64,000 nucleotides of DNA from Eledone cirrhosa (Eukaryota). Below the pieces are notes generated by a model. That model searched no databases, had not been told where the DNA came from, and worked only from the letters and a program-made list of their open reading frames with translations. A program made the translations under genes and the position numbers. Shown here in pieces: positions 1-13,663 of the stretch (positions are counted from its first letter, which is position 1; each line of letters starts with the position of its first letter). The stretch spans positions 180,110,001 to 180,174,000 of the forward strand of contig OZ024740.1 in NCBI GenBank assembly GCA_964016885.1, given 5' to 3'.

Positions 1-345
1 TCCCCATCTACTTACGGATTGATATTTTGAAACTCTTTACTCCCACTTCCTCTCCTCCTTACTATCACACTACCTTATTTCATGTTATTTTAAACTTATT
101 TACATATTCTTAAACGAAAATCTAATTACTGAATTATACCATGTAGTGAATAGTTGAATTCCATTCTGATGAAGTGTAATAAATGATTAAGTATTGCATA
201 GGATTGAATAATATATATTGTAGTCAGCACATGTAGACAATTTATAATAGACACGTTTTACTTTTCTTGGTGCAATACTTGTTTATATATATATATATAA
301 AGGAAAAAGAACAAAGGAACTTTTATGACATTATAACAAGTTTAT

Positions 346-392
346 TGCCGACAGCCATTTCGTCCGACCATATGGCGGGACTTTTCAAGGCA
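346..392 (-). ncRNA. Type I hammerhead ribozyme, U3:A8 core variant, in a PLE-like 3' tail
   Basis: Minus strand reads tgcc-TTGAAAA-GTCC(cgccatatggtc)GGAC-GAAA-tggctg-TC-ggca-ataaa. Stems I and II pair, GUC site present, then AATAAA and a tail running into (TA)n at ~284-298. Confidence 0.65.
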
Positions 393-620
393 TATAACAG
401 GTAATTGTAAGTTCATTATTTTCATCAACGTTTCACTCAAGATTAGCAGTTTGAAATCGTGGTATACATCAACAGCTCAGCTTGTTTATCTGGGGTCTAT
501 ATTCTAAGGGGGCTCTTTTATAATAGTTGTAGGAGTTGTAAAAGGGATGGGTTAGAGGGAATTAAGAGAATTTGAAAGGCGTGATCATCGCGATTTACGT
601 ACGACCTACCATACATCTTG

Positions 621-687
<67 letters not shown>

Positions 688-1199
688 TTATATATATATA
701 AGGTAGAGGAATATCCTGATGTCTTCATTTGACATGTCATCTGCCATGCCATGTGTTTATGGAGTGTTCGGAAGAGGGCCATAAACAATCAGTTCATTGA
801 AATTGATTCGGGTACTTCAACTTTTACGTTGGTATTACGGATCGAAAGCATACTTGTTATCATTGAATACATGTTGGAGAGACTTACCTCACTTTCTATA
901 TTTATCCTGCAGCTATTTTACCCAGGCAATCTTGTTTATTTTTCCTCTGAATTCTGGAAATTCACTTTGAGATTTAGCCGAACGCTTTCCTTGAAATGGC
1001 TAGGATAATTTTAGCAATAATTGCTCCATCCTTGTGCTCCTTATACCTTGCAGCCATACGTCATGAGAACTTACTATGAACTGTGGTGTAGGGATCATAT
1101 TCTGCATTGATGATGTATCTAAACTCAACGCCATAACTTATATATGTAAACAGCAATATGTCGTCACCAAAGATTCGCTAGGATATTCATAATACAAAA

Positions 1200-1620
1200 T
1201 GCAGGAAACATCAACTACATACATGATTGGTTTGGACTCATACTGAACATCCTGAAGACTAAAATACTTCCACAACCTCCTTCCCACTCAACTCCTCCAG
1301 ATTCCAACAGAAACATCTTCAATGCACCACTACAACAGGTAGACAAATGCAATATAACTGGTGCATACACTCCATGCAATATAACTCTGAAATAAACTAG
1401 AATTCAGGTTCCATGCTTGCAAGGTCACATCTGGAAAACTCCTGTATCGATTGCTCGGAAACTGGATTATTTATGTGTATCAAATGAGAAGGCTATGTCC
1501 GTAATGAGAAAAACACACGCGACCGCCCTAGTCTACAAGGATGAGTTGAAGAAGACGGTGAAGAGGACCAGCATCAAATTCTATGTCCTGTGATCAAGAT
1601 GTAGAAGATAGGACTGCGTA
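1200..1620 (+). pseudogene. Highly decayed RTE-like LINE RT fragment
   Basis: Reads ...GLILNILKTKILPQPP...FNAPLQQVDKCN... with breaks, resembling the post-YADD region of RTE reverse transcriptases. Confidence 0.35.
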
Positions 1621-3283
1621 ACATACACATGTCCTGGCGGAGAAATGAGGAAATTCGCCATTAACACCCCAGATGTCTACAATCATTAATGGCTGCCTTT
1701 TGGTAAAATTATTCTTTGCATATGACCTAATTGGCAGCAAACGTATCGTCACACACGAAAATATTATGAAAAATGAGAAATATAATCTGAAAACAGGTCC
1801 AGCCAAAGGCGAAGACGACATAGAAACGCGTACACACACACACACACACACATAAATACACACACATACGCAATCAGACACATACACATACACGCACACA
1901 CATATATATATATATATAGATTAGGTATAAACCGACGGTTGTAGCTGCCGTAAAACATGTACTATTCCATCTATATATTAATTTCAACAACGTCATTATT
2001 CCGTGTGTCAGAATACTCGATTATCATTGGTTCATAGGTTTCAAGCGACTCCACCCAACTCAACGACGCCAAATGTAAATTAATATGCATAATGCCAATG
2101 AGGAAGTGAGAGGAGAGAGTAAGAAACAGAGAGGCAAATTGAACGCTGTAACTATTACTATGTGTGCGTGTGTATGTACGTGCGACTATGTTTATGTGTG
2201 TGCGTGCGTGCAGTGTTCCACAGAAAATAAAAGCAATTCAACTTTATCAAACAGTGAACTACAGCGGCGAGTCGCTCAGCCGGGAATGAAGAAACATGGG
2301 CCGAACAGCGCCATCGGAACGCCGAACTTCAGAGGCGAAGACATGCCGCCATGAATGAAGAGGACCTTGCTGAACAACGCCAACGAAACGCTGGAGCCAA
2401 GGAGCGACGGCGTGATGCGATGGTTGAAGACGAACTGGCTGAGCATCATCTTTTATATTAATTATCTATATCTATATCTACATATAATATAAAAGATTGG
2501 AACTTCCATCATCCTTTTGAGAAACGTGGAACAACCACGACTATGCAATAATACACGTTTTACAGTCAGGCAAAAGATGAACCATCTCATAGAGGTTACT
2601 ATTCTAGGCGGGAGCACCTAGAATTCTTTATATACTATGCACAAACGGTACAACGAAGAATCTAGTATATTTGGAAGATTTTTTTACTGTTTTTTGTAAA
2701 GACCACAGACTCGCCTCACACAGTAACCAGAAAAACATCCAATACAGTCATTTTCTCTTTTACCTGTGTTCTCTTATCATCTGTTTACCCGGGCGAAGCT
2801 GGGAACGTCAGTTAGTATATTTATTAATTTCAAGAACGTCAGTATTCCGTGTGTCATAATTCTCGATTATCATTGTTTCATAGGTTTCAAACGATTCCGC
2901 CCACCTCAACGACGCCAAACCGAAATTTATATGCATAATGCCAATCAGGGAGTGAGAGGGGAGTGTGTGAACGCTGTGTTCAATAACTATTAACATGTGT
3001 GCGTGTGTATGTACGTGCGCGTATGTTTATGTGTGCGCGTGCGTGCAGCGTTCCACAGAAAGTAAAAACTATCAACATGTGTGAGTGTGTGCGTGTATAA
3101 GTTTGCGTGCGTGTGCGCGTTTCCATGCGTGCATGTGTGTGGCGTTCCACAATCGCCACACAGTTTATCTGTAAGTGTGCCTGTCTGTCAGTCTAACATA
3201 CACAGAATTGTGAAGGGAGTAAATAGGGACCTTTTTTACATTAACGGACATTTTTTATATTTATTATTGTGATTTTTTGACAA

Positions 3284-6200
3284 TTGCTCGAAATGAATAC
3301 TGACAATAAAGGCAATTCGACTTTATCAGACAGTGAACTACAGCGGCGACGGCGTGCAGCCAGCAATGAAGAAAAACGGGCCCAACAGCACCATCAGAAC
3401 GCCGAACTTCAGAAGCGAAGACGTGCCGCCATGAATGAAGAGGAGTTGGCTGAACAACGCCAACGAAACACTGGAGCCGAGCAGCGACGGCGTGCTGCGA
3501 TGGTTGAAGTTGAAGTGGCTGAGCATCATCAGCACATGGCCGGAATTCAGCAGCAACGGCGTGCGGCGATGGATGAAGAGGAGCTGGCTGAACAGCGCCA
3601 GTGCAATACAGAAGTTCAGAAAATGTGTCGCCAAAGTGTTCCTCATTCCAGTAAAGGGGCTAGAAGGCGAACGAATGATAATAAAAATGGATCTTGGCAA
3701 CCGTTTCATTTTCCGATTGGTGGACGAGCAGAGTGTCCACATTGTGGAGCATTGCTTTGGAGGCACGAAAAGACGTGGACCACAATGTGCTGTCATAAAG
3801 GAGCAGTTCAACTAGAACCCTTGCGAATGCCGGATGATGAGGAGTCACCGCAGTTTAAAATACTAAGTATCTGGGGTGATCAAAGAGACCGAGGTAGATT
3901 ACTGCGCAAATATTCGCGGCAAATTAACAATTCATTAGCTTTAGCATCACAGAGAGTTAGTGAGATGTTTGAGAGTGGAACATGGCAACATAATGTAGTC
4001 ATTCAAGGCCGTTTGTATTATTGTATAGGTAATTTAGAAGTTACCCCATGCCTCGATTCGCTCAAATTTACGTTAACGATCCAGATTATAGTGAATGGGA
4101 GGAGGATATCAGGATGGGTTGGATGAAGTTGCCGGGAAATATAATTGAACTTGCACGGCAAAGGTTAAGTGATTTGATCCGTGATTTGCAATCATGGCTT
4201 AGACAGTGTAATCCTTATGTTATGGATTTCATGTTGGTGGCTGAACTGCAAAATGTTCAGCAGCAAAGATTGGTGATTAAGGCTGATGCAGTGCCAAGGA
4301 ATCAACACGAACGGCGATATAATGCCCCTGAAGGATATCGTGAAGTTGCTGTGTTGATGGACGATAAGCCTGTATCGAGAGATATCGTCCTCAATCGCAG
4401 AGATGGTGGTCTCAAGACTATCAATGAGTCAAATAGGGCATACGGTCCATTGCATTATGTTCTTTTATTCCCAAAAGGTGAAAATGGATGGAACATGTCT
4501 GTTCATTTAGATGATCATGAGAATCAGCATCAACAGGGAGGTGGCAATAGTCACAATAATTCGATTCGCGACTTTTACGCTTCCATTTGAACTAGAGGAA
4601 TCAACAGAGAAATGCACTATTTCAAGCCAGCAGATTGTTCCATGAATACTGTTGTATGGCATTCGCAAAGATCGAAAATCAAAGGCTAAATTATATAGCT
4701 AGAAATCAGCAACATATCAGAGCTGAATTGTATAATAATATACAGGGGATGCGATAACAGCCAATGATGCCAATTACAAGCAAATTGGTCGACACATCTT
4801 TTTGCCATCGTCGTTGATCGGCGGCCCGAGATATATGAACATTCGCTATCAGGATGCAATGGCTATTGTCAGAAAGTTTGGAAAGCCAGATTTATTTATA
4901 ACGGTTACATGCAATCCTGAATGGACTGATATTAAGGATGCACTTTTGCCAGAACAACAGCCAAAGGACCGTCCTGATATTGTGGCAAGGGTATTCAAAG
5001 AATATCTGAAAAGATAATGGATGATGTCGAAAAAGAGGGAATCTTTGGAGGTATAGTTGCTTTTAGAAACGTAATTGAATTCCAAAAAAGAGGATTGCCA
5101 AATGCACGTTTGCTGATCACTTTACATAGAGATTGCAAATTGAGATGTGCTGAGGATGTCGACAGCGTTGTGTGTGCTGAGCTGCCTGAGAATGAGGCAC
5201 TACGCAACTTAGTTGCAAAGTCAATGGTGCACAATCAATGCGGAGCGGCAAATCGGAAAGTGCCTTGCATGAAAAATAGCAAATGCAGTAAGCACTTTCC
5301 GAAATCTTTTGTCACGAACACTTCCTGGAATGATGGGGATGATTATCCCTCATACAGAAGACGGACGCCTGCCCATGGCGGTTTGGTCCAAAATGTAAAC
5401 GATCTACAGGTTACAAATCAATGGGTTGTGCCACACAATCCATATTTTATTATGAAATATCGTTGTCATATTAATGTGGACATTTGTAGCTCAATGGAAG
5501 CTTGCAAATATATATTCAAATATGTTTACAAAGGTCATGATCGGGCAATGATCAATGTCAAGAATGCGGACGCGAACCAAGGAGATGAAGTTGGCAGGTT
5601 CCAGGATGTTCGCTCGATTGGATCTAGCAAAGCTTACTGGAGAGTGTTCGATTTTGATCTCAATGAACGCAAACCCCGCGTTCACAAACTGACGGTTCAC
5701 TTAGAGAATAGGCAAATGGTCTGTTTTCAGGACACTAGAAGAGGTGTTGAAAGAATTGCTAAAGCACCACCTCCTAAGACGGAATTGACTGAGTGGTTAA
5801 AGCATAATAGGGAACATGCTTTGAACCCTTCGCACTATACGTGGGAGAAGAAGGGAAAGAAATGGAATGATAGAAAACAAAAGTTGATATTCATGACTAT
5901 TGGACGGGTTTGTAATGTCCATCCAGCATCTGGTGATGTGTTTTATCTCCGAATTCTGTTGCATAGTGATTTTGCGAGAGGCAAACAGAGCTTCGCTGAT
6001 TTAAAAACAATCAATGGCGTGTAATATGAAACATACCAGGCTGGGTGTCAACATCTGGGACTCCTTCAGAATGACGGTGAATGGAATAACGCCATGGAAG
6101 CTGCAGGAACAACACAGATGCCAGCTCAAATAAGGCAGTTGTTTGTCACGATTCTAGGATTATGCAATCCTGCCGACCCAAGAGAGTTGAACGCCATTGG

Positions 6201-7849
6201 GGAATTATGGCTGATGATTTTAGGCATCATCTTCAGGTCGATGATGAAAATTTGATGAAGGATATTGTTTTGCTCAATATTGAGTAACTGCTTGAGTTCA
6301 TTTGAAACGTTTCAGAGATTTTAATTTGCCAATTCCTGGTGTAGAAATGCGGCAACGTGTCTTAGCATTGAACATGAGATTGCAGCTTAGACGGTTGCCC
6401 CTAGATCGGAGGGAACTATTCCAGATTGATCCACTGGTACATCAACGTATTGTGGATGAACGTATGCCAATGTTGACCCAATCTCAGAGAGAATTGGTCG
6501 ATGGCGTTCTCCACTCGATTTCCACTAATGAGCAACTTTGTGCTTTCAGAGATGCTCCAGGATTCACGGGAAAGACATTCTGTTTCAACACTATGTTATC
6601 GGCAGTCAGAGCTCAGAGGAAGATTGCTCTCCTTGTGGCCACCATTGGGTTCGCTGCTACTTTGCTGAGTGATGGAAGGACCTTCCACTCATGCTTCAAG
6701 GCTCTATTGGCTGCGGATGAGTTGAGTGTCTGTAACATTACAGGACGGAGTGAACTCGCGGGCCTTATACGCAATACGTCTCTGATTATTTGGGACGAGG
6801 CTCCAATGGCACTCATATATTTGCTGGAGGCATTGGACAGCACTCTGAGAGATATCTGCGGTAGTGACCTGCCATTTGGTGGTAAGACTATCGTTCTTGG
6901 TGGCGATTTCAGACAGGTGCTACCAATTGTTAGGAATGCTCAAAGAGCGCAAATTGTCGATGCGTGTCTGAAAAAGTCCCCGTTGTGGTGCCATTTCAGA
7001 GTTTTGCGATTACACGATAATATGCGACTTCGTATGTTCGGGAAAAACGAAGAGGCTCAGACATACGGCCGATTGTTGATGCAGTTGGGAAACGATGAAT
7101 TGCCACACGTTGGTGATAATCAGACTGTAAGAATGCCAGACCATTTGGTCATGCCACTGGACCACCAAGCATTGATTGAGTGGGTGCTCCCTAATTTGAA
7201 TGCTTTTTGGCAGAATATCTCCTGAATATAGGAATGCGTTATTCTAACTCATACGAATGCAACGGTTGGTGAAATAAATTCACAAGTAGCCGGAATGTTT
7301 CCTGGAGAGGAATGGTTGACCGTCAGTGCGGATGCAATGGAGCGTAATCAGCAGAACAATATGGATGTTCCCACTGAGTATCTAAATTCACTTCAAATAC
7401 CCGGATTTCCCCCACATATTTTGAGGTTGAAAAAGGGTATGCCGATTATATTGCTTAGAAATATCAATCATAAAATGGGTCTTTGCAATGGTACCAGATT
7501 GATTGTTGAGAGATTGATTAATGGAAGAGTTTTAGAAGCTAAAGTCCCAGGCAGAGAGGAATCGGTTCTCATTCCGAGGATCATGCAGAGACCGAGTAAA
7601 GATCTGCTGCCATTCATTCGGCAAAGGAGACAGTTTCCCGTCAATTTGGCCTTCTCTATGACTGTCAACAAGGCACAGAGACAGACTTTCAAGCGAGGCG
7701 GCGTCTACGTGAATCATCCAGCATTCCGTCACGAGCAACTGTATGTTGCTGCATCTCGAGTGTGCGATCCTGATAGTATAACATTTGCAATTGATACTAC
7801 TAACAGAGGAACAACCCTGAATATTGTCTATAATGAAGCTTTGAGCTGA
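3284..7849 (+). pseudogene. Helitron RepHel transposase (STPR-like repeats, Zn motif, HUH Rep, PIF1-family helicase), broken by frameshifts and stops
   Basis: ORF pieces 3284-4126, 4048-4590, 4802-5017, 5017-6024, 6302-7225, 7295-7849. Motifs: CPHC...CCHKG, GGPRYM..YQDAMAIVRKFGKPDLFITVTCNPEW, EFQKRGLPNARL (degenerate HUH), YIFKYVYKG, DAPGFTGKTF, IIWDEAPM, GGDFRQVLP, LCNGTRL, QFPVNLAFSMTVNKAQ, QLYVAASRV. Confidence 0.95.
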
Positions 7850-8329
7850 TGTATGCATATATATAATGCTATCAATAAGCGACGTAAATGATTCAGACAT
7901 TGGTGTCCTTTCATCAGTATTGTGAGCTTTGACAGAGTAATCATTTATGTCCAATGTCATTTATTTTCGATAATGAGCAATAAAAACCAACAAGTATTGG
8001 TAGAAATTGCCTTCAAATTTATCGCTTCTGATTATTGGTAATAAACCCTCATCATATTTTGTTGCCTATGGCCGGCCAGGGCTAGAGTAATATTGAAAAA
8101 CGATTCTATTTTCGAATTAGAAGTATCCGCCATTTGGGGTTCAAACCAGGCCACCTCCCCGAGTTGAACTCTGGACAATAACTACTGTCTATTACTCAGT
8201 TTTATTATTATAGCTGACCACTTATAGATAAGCATGTTATCCATATCCATATTAATTTGGCATTTGTATAAACCATTTCAAGTAAATAGGGACCTTTTTT
8301 ACGTTGACGGACATCTTTTATATTAATTA

Positions 8330-8688
8330 TCTATATCTATATATACATATAATATAAAAGATTGGAACTTCCATCATCCTTTTGAGAAACGTCGAACAAC
8401 CACATCTATGCAATGATACACGTTCTACTGCCAGGCAGAATATGTACCATCTCCTAGAGGTCACTATTCTAGGTAGGAGCACCTAGAACTGTTCATATAC
8501 TATGCACAAACCGTACAACGAAGAATCTGGAATATCTGGAAGATTTCTTTTACTGTTTTTTGTATCACACAGACAACACGGACTCGCCTCTTACTGTAAC
8601 CAGACAAACACCCAATACAGTCATTTTCTCTTTTACCTGTCTTCGCTTATCATCTGTTTACCCGGGCGAAGCTGGGTACGTCAGCTAG
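8330..8688 (+). mobile_element. ~355 bp mini-Helitron module forming the 3' end of the array units (also 2465-2815 and 9578-9936)
   Basis: Each copy begins A|TCTATATCTATA and ends with hairpin + CTAG (TTAG in the first copy); the three copies are highly similar. Confidence 0.75.
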
Positions 8689-11194
8689 TCTGTATATTCA
8701 TTTCATCAAACATTATTATTCCGTGTGTCATAATTCTCGATTATCATTGGTTCATAGGTTTCAAACGACTCCGCCCACCTCAACGACGCCAAACTTAAAT
8801 TAATATGCATAATGCCAATGAGGGAGTGAGAGGGGAGAGTAAGAAACAGAGAGGCAAAGTGAACGCTGTACCCTATTACCATGTGTGCGTGTGTATGTAC
8901 GTGCGCGTATGTTTATGTGTGTGTGCGTGCGTACAGCGTTCCACAGAAAGTAAAAGCAATTCTACTTTATCAAACAGTGAACTACAGCGGCGACGGCGCT
9001 CAGCCGGGAATGAAGAAAGACGGGCCGAACAGCGCCATCGGAGCGCTGAACTTCGATTATCATTGGTTCATAGGTTTTGGGGTACGTCAGCTAGTCTATA
9101 TATTAATTTCAAAAATGTCAATATTCCGTGTCATAATTCTCGATTATCATTGGTTCATATGTTTCAAATGACTCCGCCCACCTCAACGCCGCCAAACTTA
9201 AATTAATATGCATAAATCCAATGAGTGAATGAGAGGGGAGAATAAGAAACAGAGAGGCCAAGTGAACGCTGTAACTATTACCATGTGTGCGTGTGTATGT
9301 ACGTATGCGTATGTTTATGTGTGTGCGCGTTCCAGAGAAAGTAAAAGCAGTTCGACCTTATCAAACAGTGAACTACAGCGGCGACGGCGTGCAGCCACGA
9401 ATGAAGAAAAACGGGCCGAACAGCGCCACCGGAACGCCGAACTTAGAGGCGAAACGTGCCGCGATGAATGAAGAGGAGTTAGCTGAACAACGCCAATGAA
9501 ACACTGGAGCCAAGCAGCGACGGCGTGCTGCGATGGTTGAAGACGAATTGGATGAGCATCATCTTTTATATTAATTATCTATATCTATATTTACATATAA
9601 TATAAAAGATTGGAAATTCCATCATCCTTTTGAGAAACGTGGAACAACCACGTCTATGCAATGATACATGTTTTATAGTCAGGCAGAAGATGAACCATCT
9701 CCTAGAGGTCACTATTCTAGATGGGAGCACCTAACATTGTTAATATACGATGCACAAACGGTACAACGAAGAATCTGTTATATCTGTAAGATTTTTCTAC
9801 TCTTTTTTTGTATCACACAGACACCACGGACTCGCCTCATACTGTAACCAGACAAACATCCAATACAGTCATTTTCTCTTTTACCTGTCTTCTCTTATCA
9901 TCTGTTTACCCGGGCGAAGCTGGGTACGGCATCTAGTTTATATAATTCTCAAAAAGAAAACGAAACCATTCATGGTGTGCTGATTAATAAAAAAAAAACA
10001 ATCGATGTTTGCATAGTTCATCCAGTTTTGATACCTGAACATAGATGCACAAATAATTTTGCTAGTTAAAAAATATTCGGATAATCTAACACAAATAAGA
10101 ACACATCCGCACGAACAGCTCGGGTAAAGACCACAGAGCAACTTGATGTTTCATGCTTGCATTTTTCATCTTTAATTGATTATCTAGAAATATGACAAAA
10201 GGTATAAATTCTGAACATTACTTTCATATAAGGTTAACGTTTATTTTAATGGTCTGGGGAATTTTCTTGAAATCCAGCTGATAATTGTGATGGTACTTAT
10301 TGTTCATGCCGTACAGTTTAATATAAATGTTCTGATAGTCTGCAATTATTTCTGCAACGCTGAAATTACATCCTCTGTATCATACTAAATAGGACATGTA
10401 ATCTTGGTTCTGATGTATTCACCGCATCATAAATTCTGGAGAAATGAATGTTTCTCTCTCAATTTACATTCAGGATAATGAAATGCGTAAGTAATATGAC
10501 AATATTGGAATCTACATTGAGAAGGTAAGATCAATCTTCAGATGAATACATGTCATTTCCTGGGGTACCATATATCAAAACGAATAAAATATTGTATCCT
10601 TATGACGAGAAACTTAACTTCATATGATATTGTACATATATGAATAGGAGACTCTAAAATATTGTTCATTTATATCATACTTGCCAGAATAGGGATCAAC
10701 ATTTTTGTAACTTAGAAACTTAAGCTAACATGCAATATTTCATTTTATTTGCATATAACACATTGATTCTTAAATATTCCAAAGAATACTAAAAGAAACA
10801 TAAATATATTTGTTATTGTTCCTGGAAGCAAAATGAACAAATGAGAGCACAATTATTTAAATTCGTTTCAATTCAATTCATTTAGTAGAGTTCTTTATTG
10901 TGGCTTTCAATACTATCTCACCTGGATCTGTCTGATGTTCAAAATTCTGTTAGTGTTGTAAAAAATAATATTGCAATATGTTGCCTTTCGAGATGATTTC
11001 CGGTATCATTACCGTCATCGCCAAATGGATTATCTTTAATGTTAAAGTAATATATAACCCACCAATATATTTGTATTCCTATGGCCATGACCGGAATCAA
11101 TGTTAATTCAAGGACATTTTGGTAACAGGCAGAATTGTTACATTGGACAAAATACCATTCCACATTTTCGAATTATAAGTGCAGACAAGGACCA

Positions 11195-11282
11195 TTGTGC
11201 ATCTTACGGGGCCGATAAAATAAAGTACCAGTAATGCTTTGGAGTAATTGCTGGCCTTGTGCCAAAAATAGAAACAATTATT
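11195..11282 (+). mobile_element. SINE 3' fragment (family of 19365/19552)
   Basis: gccgataaaataaagtaccagtaatgc...ggccttgtgccaaaaatagaaacaatta matches the SINE body and tail at 19405-19475. A minus-strand fragment lies at 14568-14632. Confidence 0.6.
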
Positions 11283-12183
11283 TCGGTACGATAGAATAAA
11301 ATATAGCAAAAGCTTGATTGCATATATTCTCACAAACAGCATGTCATTTGCTAATACAAGATTCATAAATTAAGGAATTTAGATGATTCTGTGAACGCAC
11401 ATTAATGTATTCAAATTTATTGAAAGAATGTTTGAGGATAATATAGATTGCAACTTTCATTGAAACGTTATTCAACAGACTCAATGCAGGTAAAATGTTA
11501 CGACCAGCGTATATGTATTGACATGATACATTAAAGCCTAAATCAACTTATTTGGTTTCTAGTAAGTTTTCATAATTTTCTTTAGTATATATTATTCAAA
11601 TAGTAATACGTTCTAAATTATATTAAGAGTATTGCTATATTACAGCATATATAAAACAATTAGTGCAACTGAAATTGATCATTACTCTGTTTTGACGATG
11701 TATGTAAAATTTGTTCGATCAACTGGAAATCTGCCCAGTAAAATCGAATGTACTTAACTGTTGATTCTAATCACTTTTACTAACAAAGCATGGGTCGAAT
11801 TTATGTGCCAGTACGTACTGTAATAAAAACTGGGACTTGATTATTGCAAAGAAATTTCGAAATCCATTCAGTTATACAACTTCCGTATACGCACTCTATA
11901 ATTTGTATACGAAAATACTATTTTTCTGACGATAAAGGGTTGTACAACCAACTACACTAACTGTAGTAACCTAGCAACTAAACCCTACACGACTGAGATA
12001 TGGAATTCTCTGTAGATATATATCTTGTCAAAACTAATGTGAAATCATATACCATAATGAATGTGATGTAGAAAATTCGGTATGTATCATACAAGGAAAA
12101 TATATCAACTTCTTGCAGGTTATTTTTTTCTGTACATAATTATATATATATATATATATTATTATTACATATATTATGTATAT

Positions 12184-12215
<32 letters not shown>

Positions 12216-13663
12216 CGTGTGTATGCAAACATTAAAAACATTGTCATTTTGAATCACATTTTTTGCATCACATTGGATTCTTGATACCGCTTGTTTTTAC
12301 TATATTGTAACTTCATAGTTAAGAGATATCATACGCGTTGTTTTGTGTTTTATGTATTATTTAAGCAAATGCAATTCTATAGAGACACATTAAAACAATT
12401 TTGAAGGACACTGATGTTGTTTCTAGTTAACATGCCCGACGCTATATTTAAATAAAAGGGAGAACGCGGGGACTTACAACTCATTAATAAATGCAAACAT
12501 AACATTTGCTTATTTCAAAGCGTCCTTGCATTTTGCTTTAAAGTAAACGGGACTTCAAAATATTAGAAACACATTCAACAATCACTTCAATATCCTTCTG
12601 TTGCGAATTTGTGGTTGATAAAGATATATTTGTAGCTGTTGTGGTTAGTCTTGTTGGCTTCGTAGTTGCTTGCTATTCAGTCTCAGGACCACTATGATTG
12701 AACACTTTTAAAACCATTAATGAAAATTAAGGTGAGATATTCAACACGTTCCGTAGTTAGGTCCATGTTATCTAATGTATATGTGCTTTCTAAGATGATA
12801 GCATGTTATTTAAGATAATTTGACTAAAATATGTAGATTCAAGCAATTCTACAATCCAAATGCGGATGGTATACATCGTATCTATAAATAGCATAATTCA
12901 GTTCTAAAGTAGAGAGCCAATGATACTGAAGATAGGTCCGCGGACACTCGAGTAGAGTTCATATAAGATGTAATTTCTATCACTATCACGATACAAGAAA
13001 TTATACGACAACTTACCAGTGAATCCTTCTTATGTAAAAAAGTTAATTTGCATATAACAAGTACACACAATTAACTAAAGACACAAGAAAAATATCAGTC
13101 CCTTACGCTATCTAGAATTAGGACAAGAAATACTTAACCCTAAATGCAGTAGGTCACGAAGGGTAATTACGTTATATTTTAGGATACTTGCAGCATGTAT
13201 TTCAAATCAAAACAAAATACATTATGTTAGAAATGTGTACCAAGAATTGTGAAGTCGACAATGTCAAATATAGAGTTAAATAAATATTAATCACATTTGC
13301 CAAAAAGTATCTATCTTTCGCACATGATTAGTAGCGGCAGTGGCGGACTGGCCAGGTTGCCAGGATGTCCAAGGATATTGCAAAGCCCACAGAAGCATTG
13401 CAGGGCCCACTGTAGTATTGAGGGGCTAATGCTTTGCTTTCAAAAAATGCCTGAAATATAAAAGAAATAATACATTTAAAAAAAAAACGATTAAGAAAAG
13501 CATATGGTAAACCAATTCCCCGGGAATTAATAGTAACCAAAATATATGATAGTGCATATAGCTGGAATCAGTGGTTGTACATTCTACTAAATCTAACGCT
13601 TAGTGTATTCATTCATACACATATACATGCATACGCACACAAACACACGCATTTATATATATA

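Larger units (their letters stand above)
1970..9936 (+). mobile_element. Head-to-tail tandem array of four Helitron units
   Basis: A|TC 5' end at 1970. Unit junctions TTAG|TA (2815/2816), CTAG|TC (8688/8689) and CTAG|TC (9094/9095). Final CTAG|T at 9933-9937. Subterminal hairpin CCCGGGCGAAGCTGGG precedes the ends at 2815, 8688 and 9936. Confidence 0.85.

Noticed and set aside
10300-11370. Possible host exons (gagaagGTAAGat donors at ~10524 and ~18255; ORF 10939-11163)
   Set aside because: An in-frame stop lies shortly upstream of the ~10524 donor and no protein motif is recognisable; cannot be supported without RNA data.
13327-13420. hAT-like TIR (CAGTGGCGGACTGG)
   Set aside because: No partner TIR or 8 bp TSD found.
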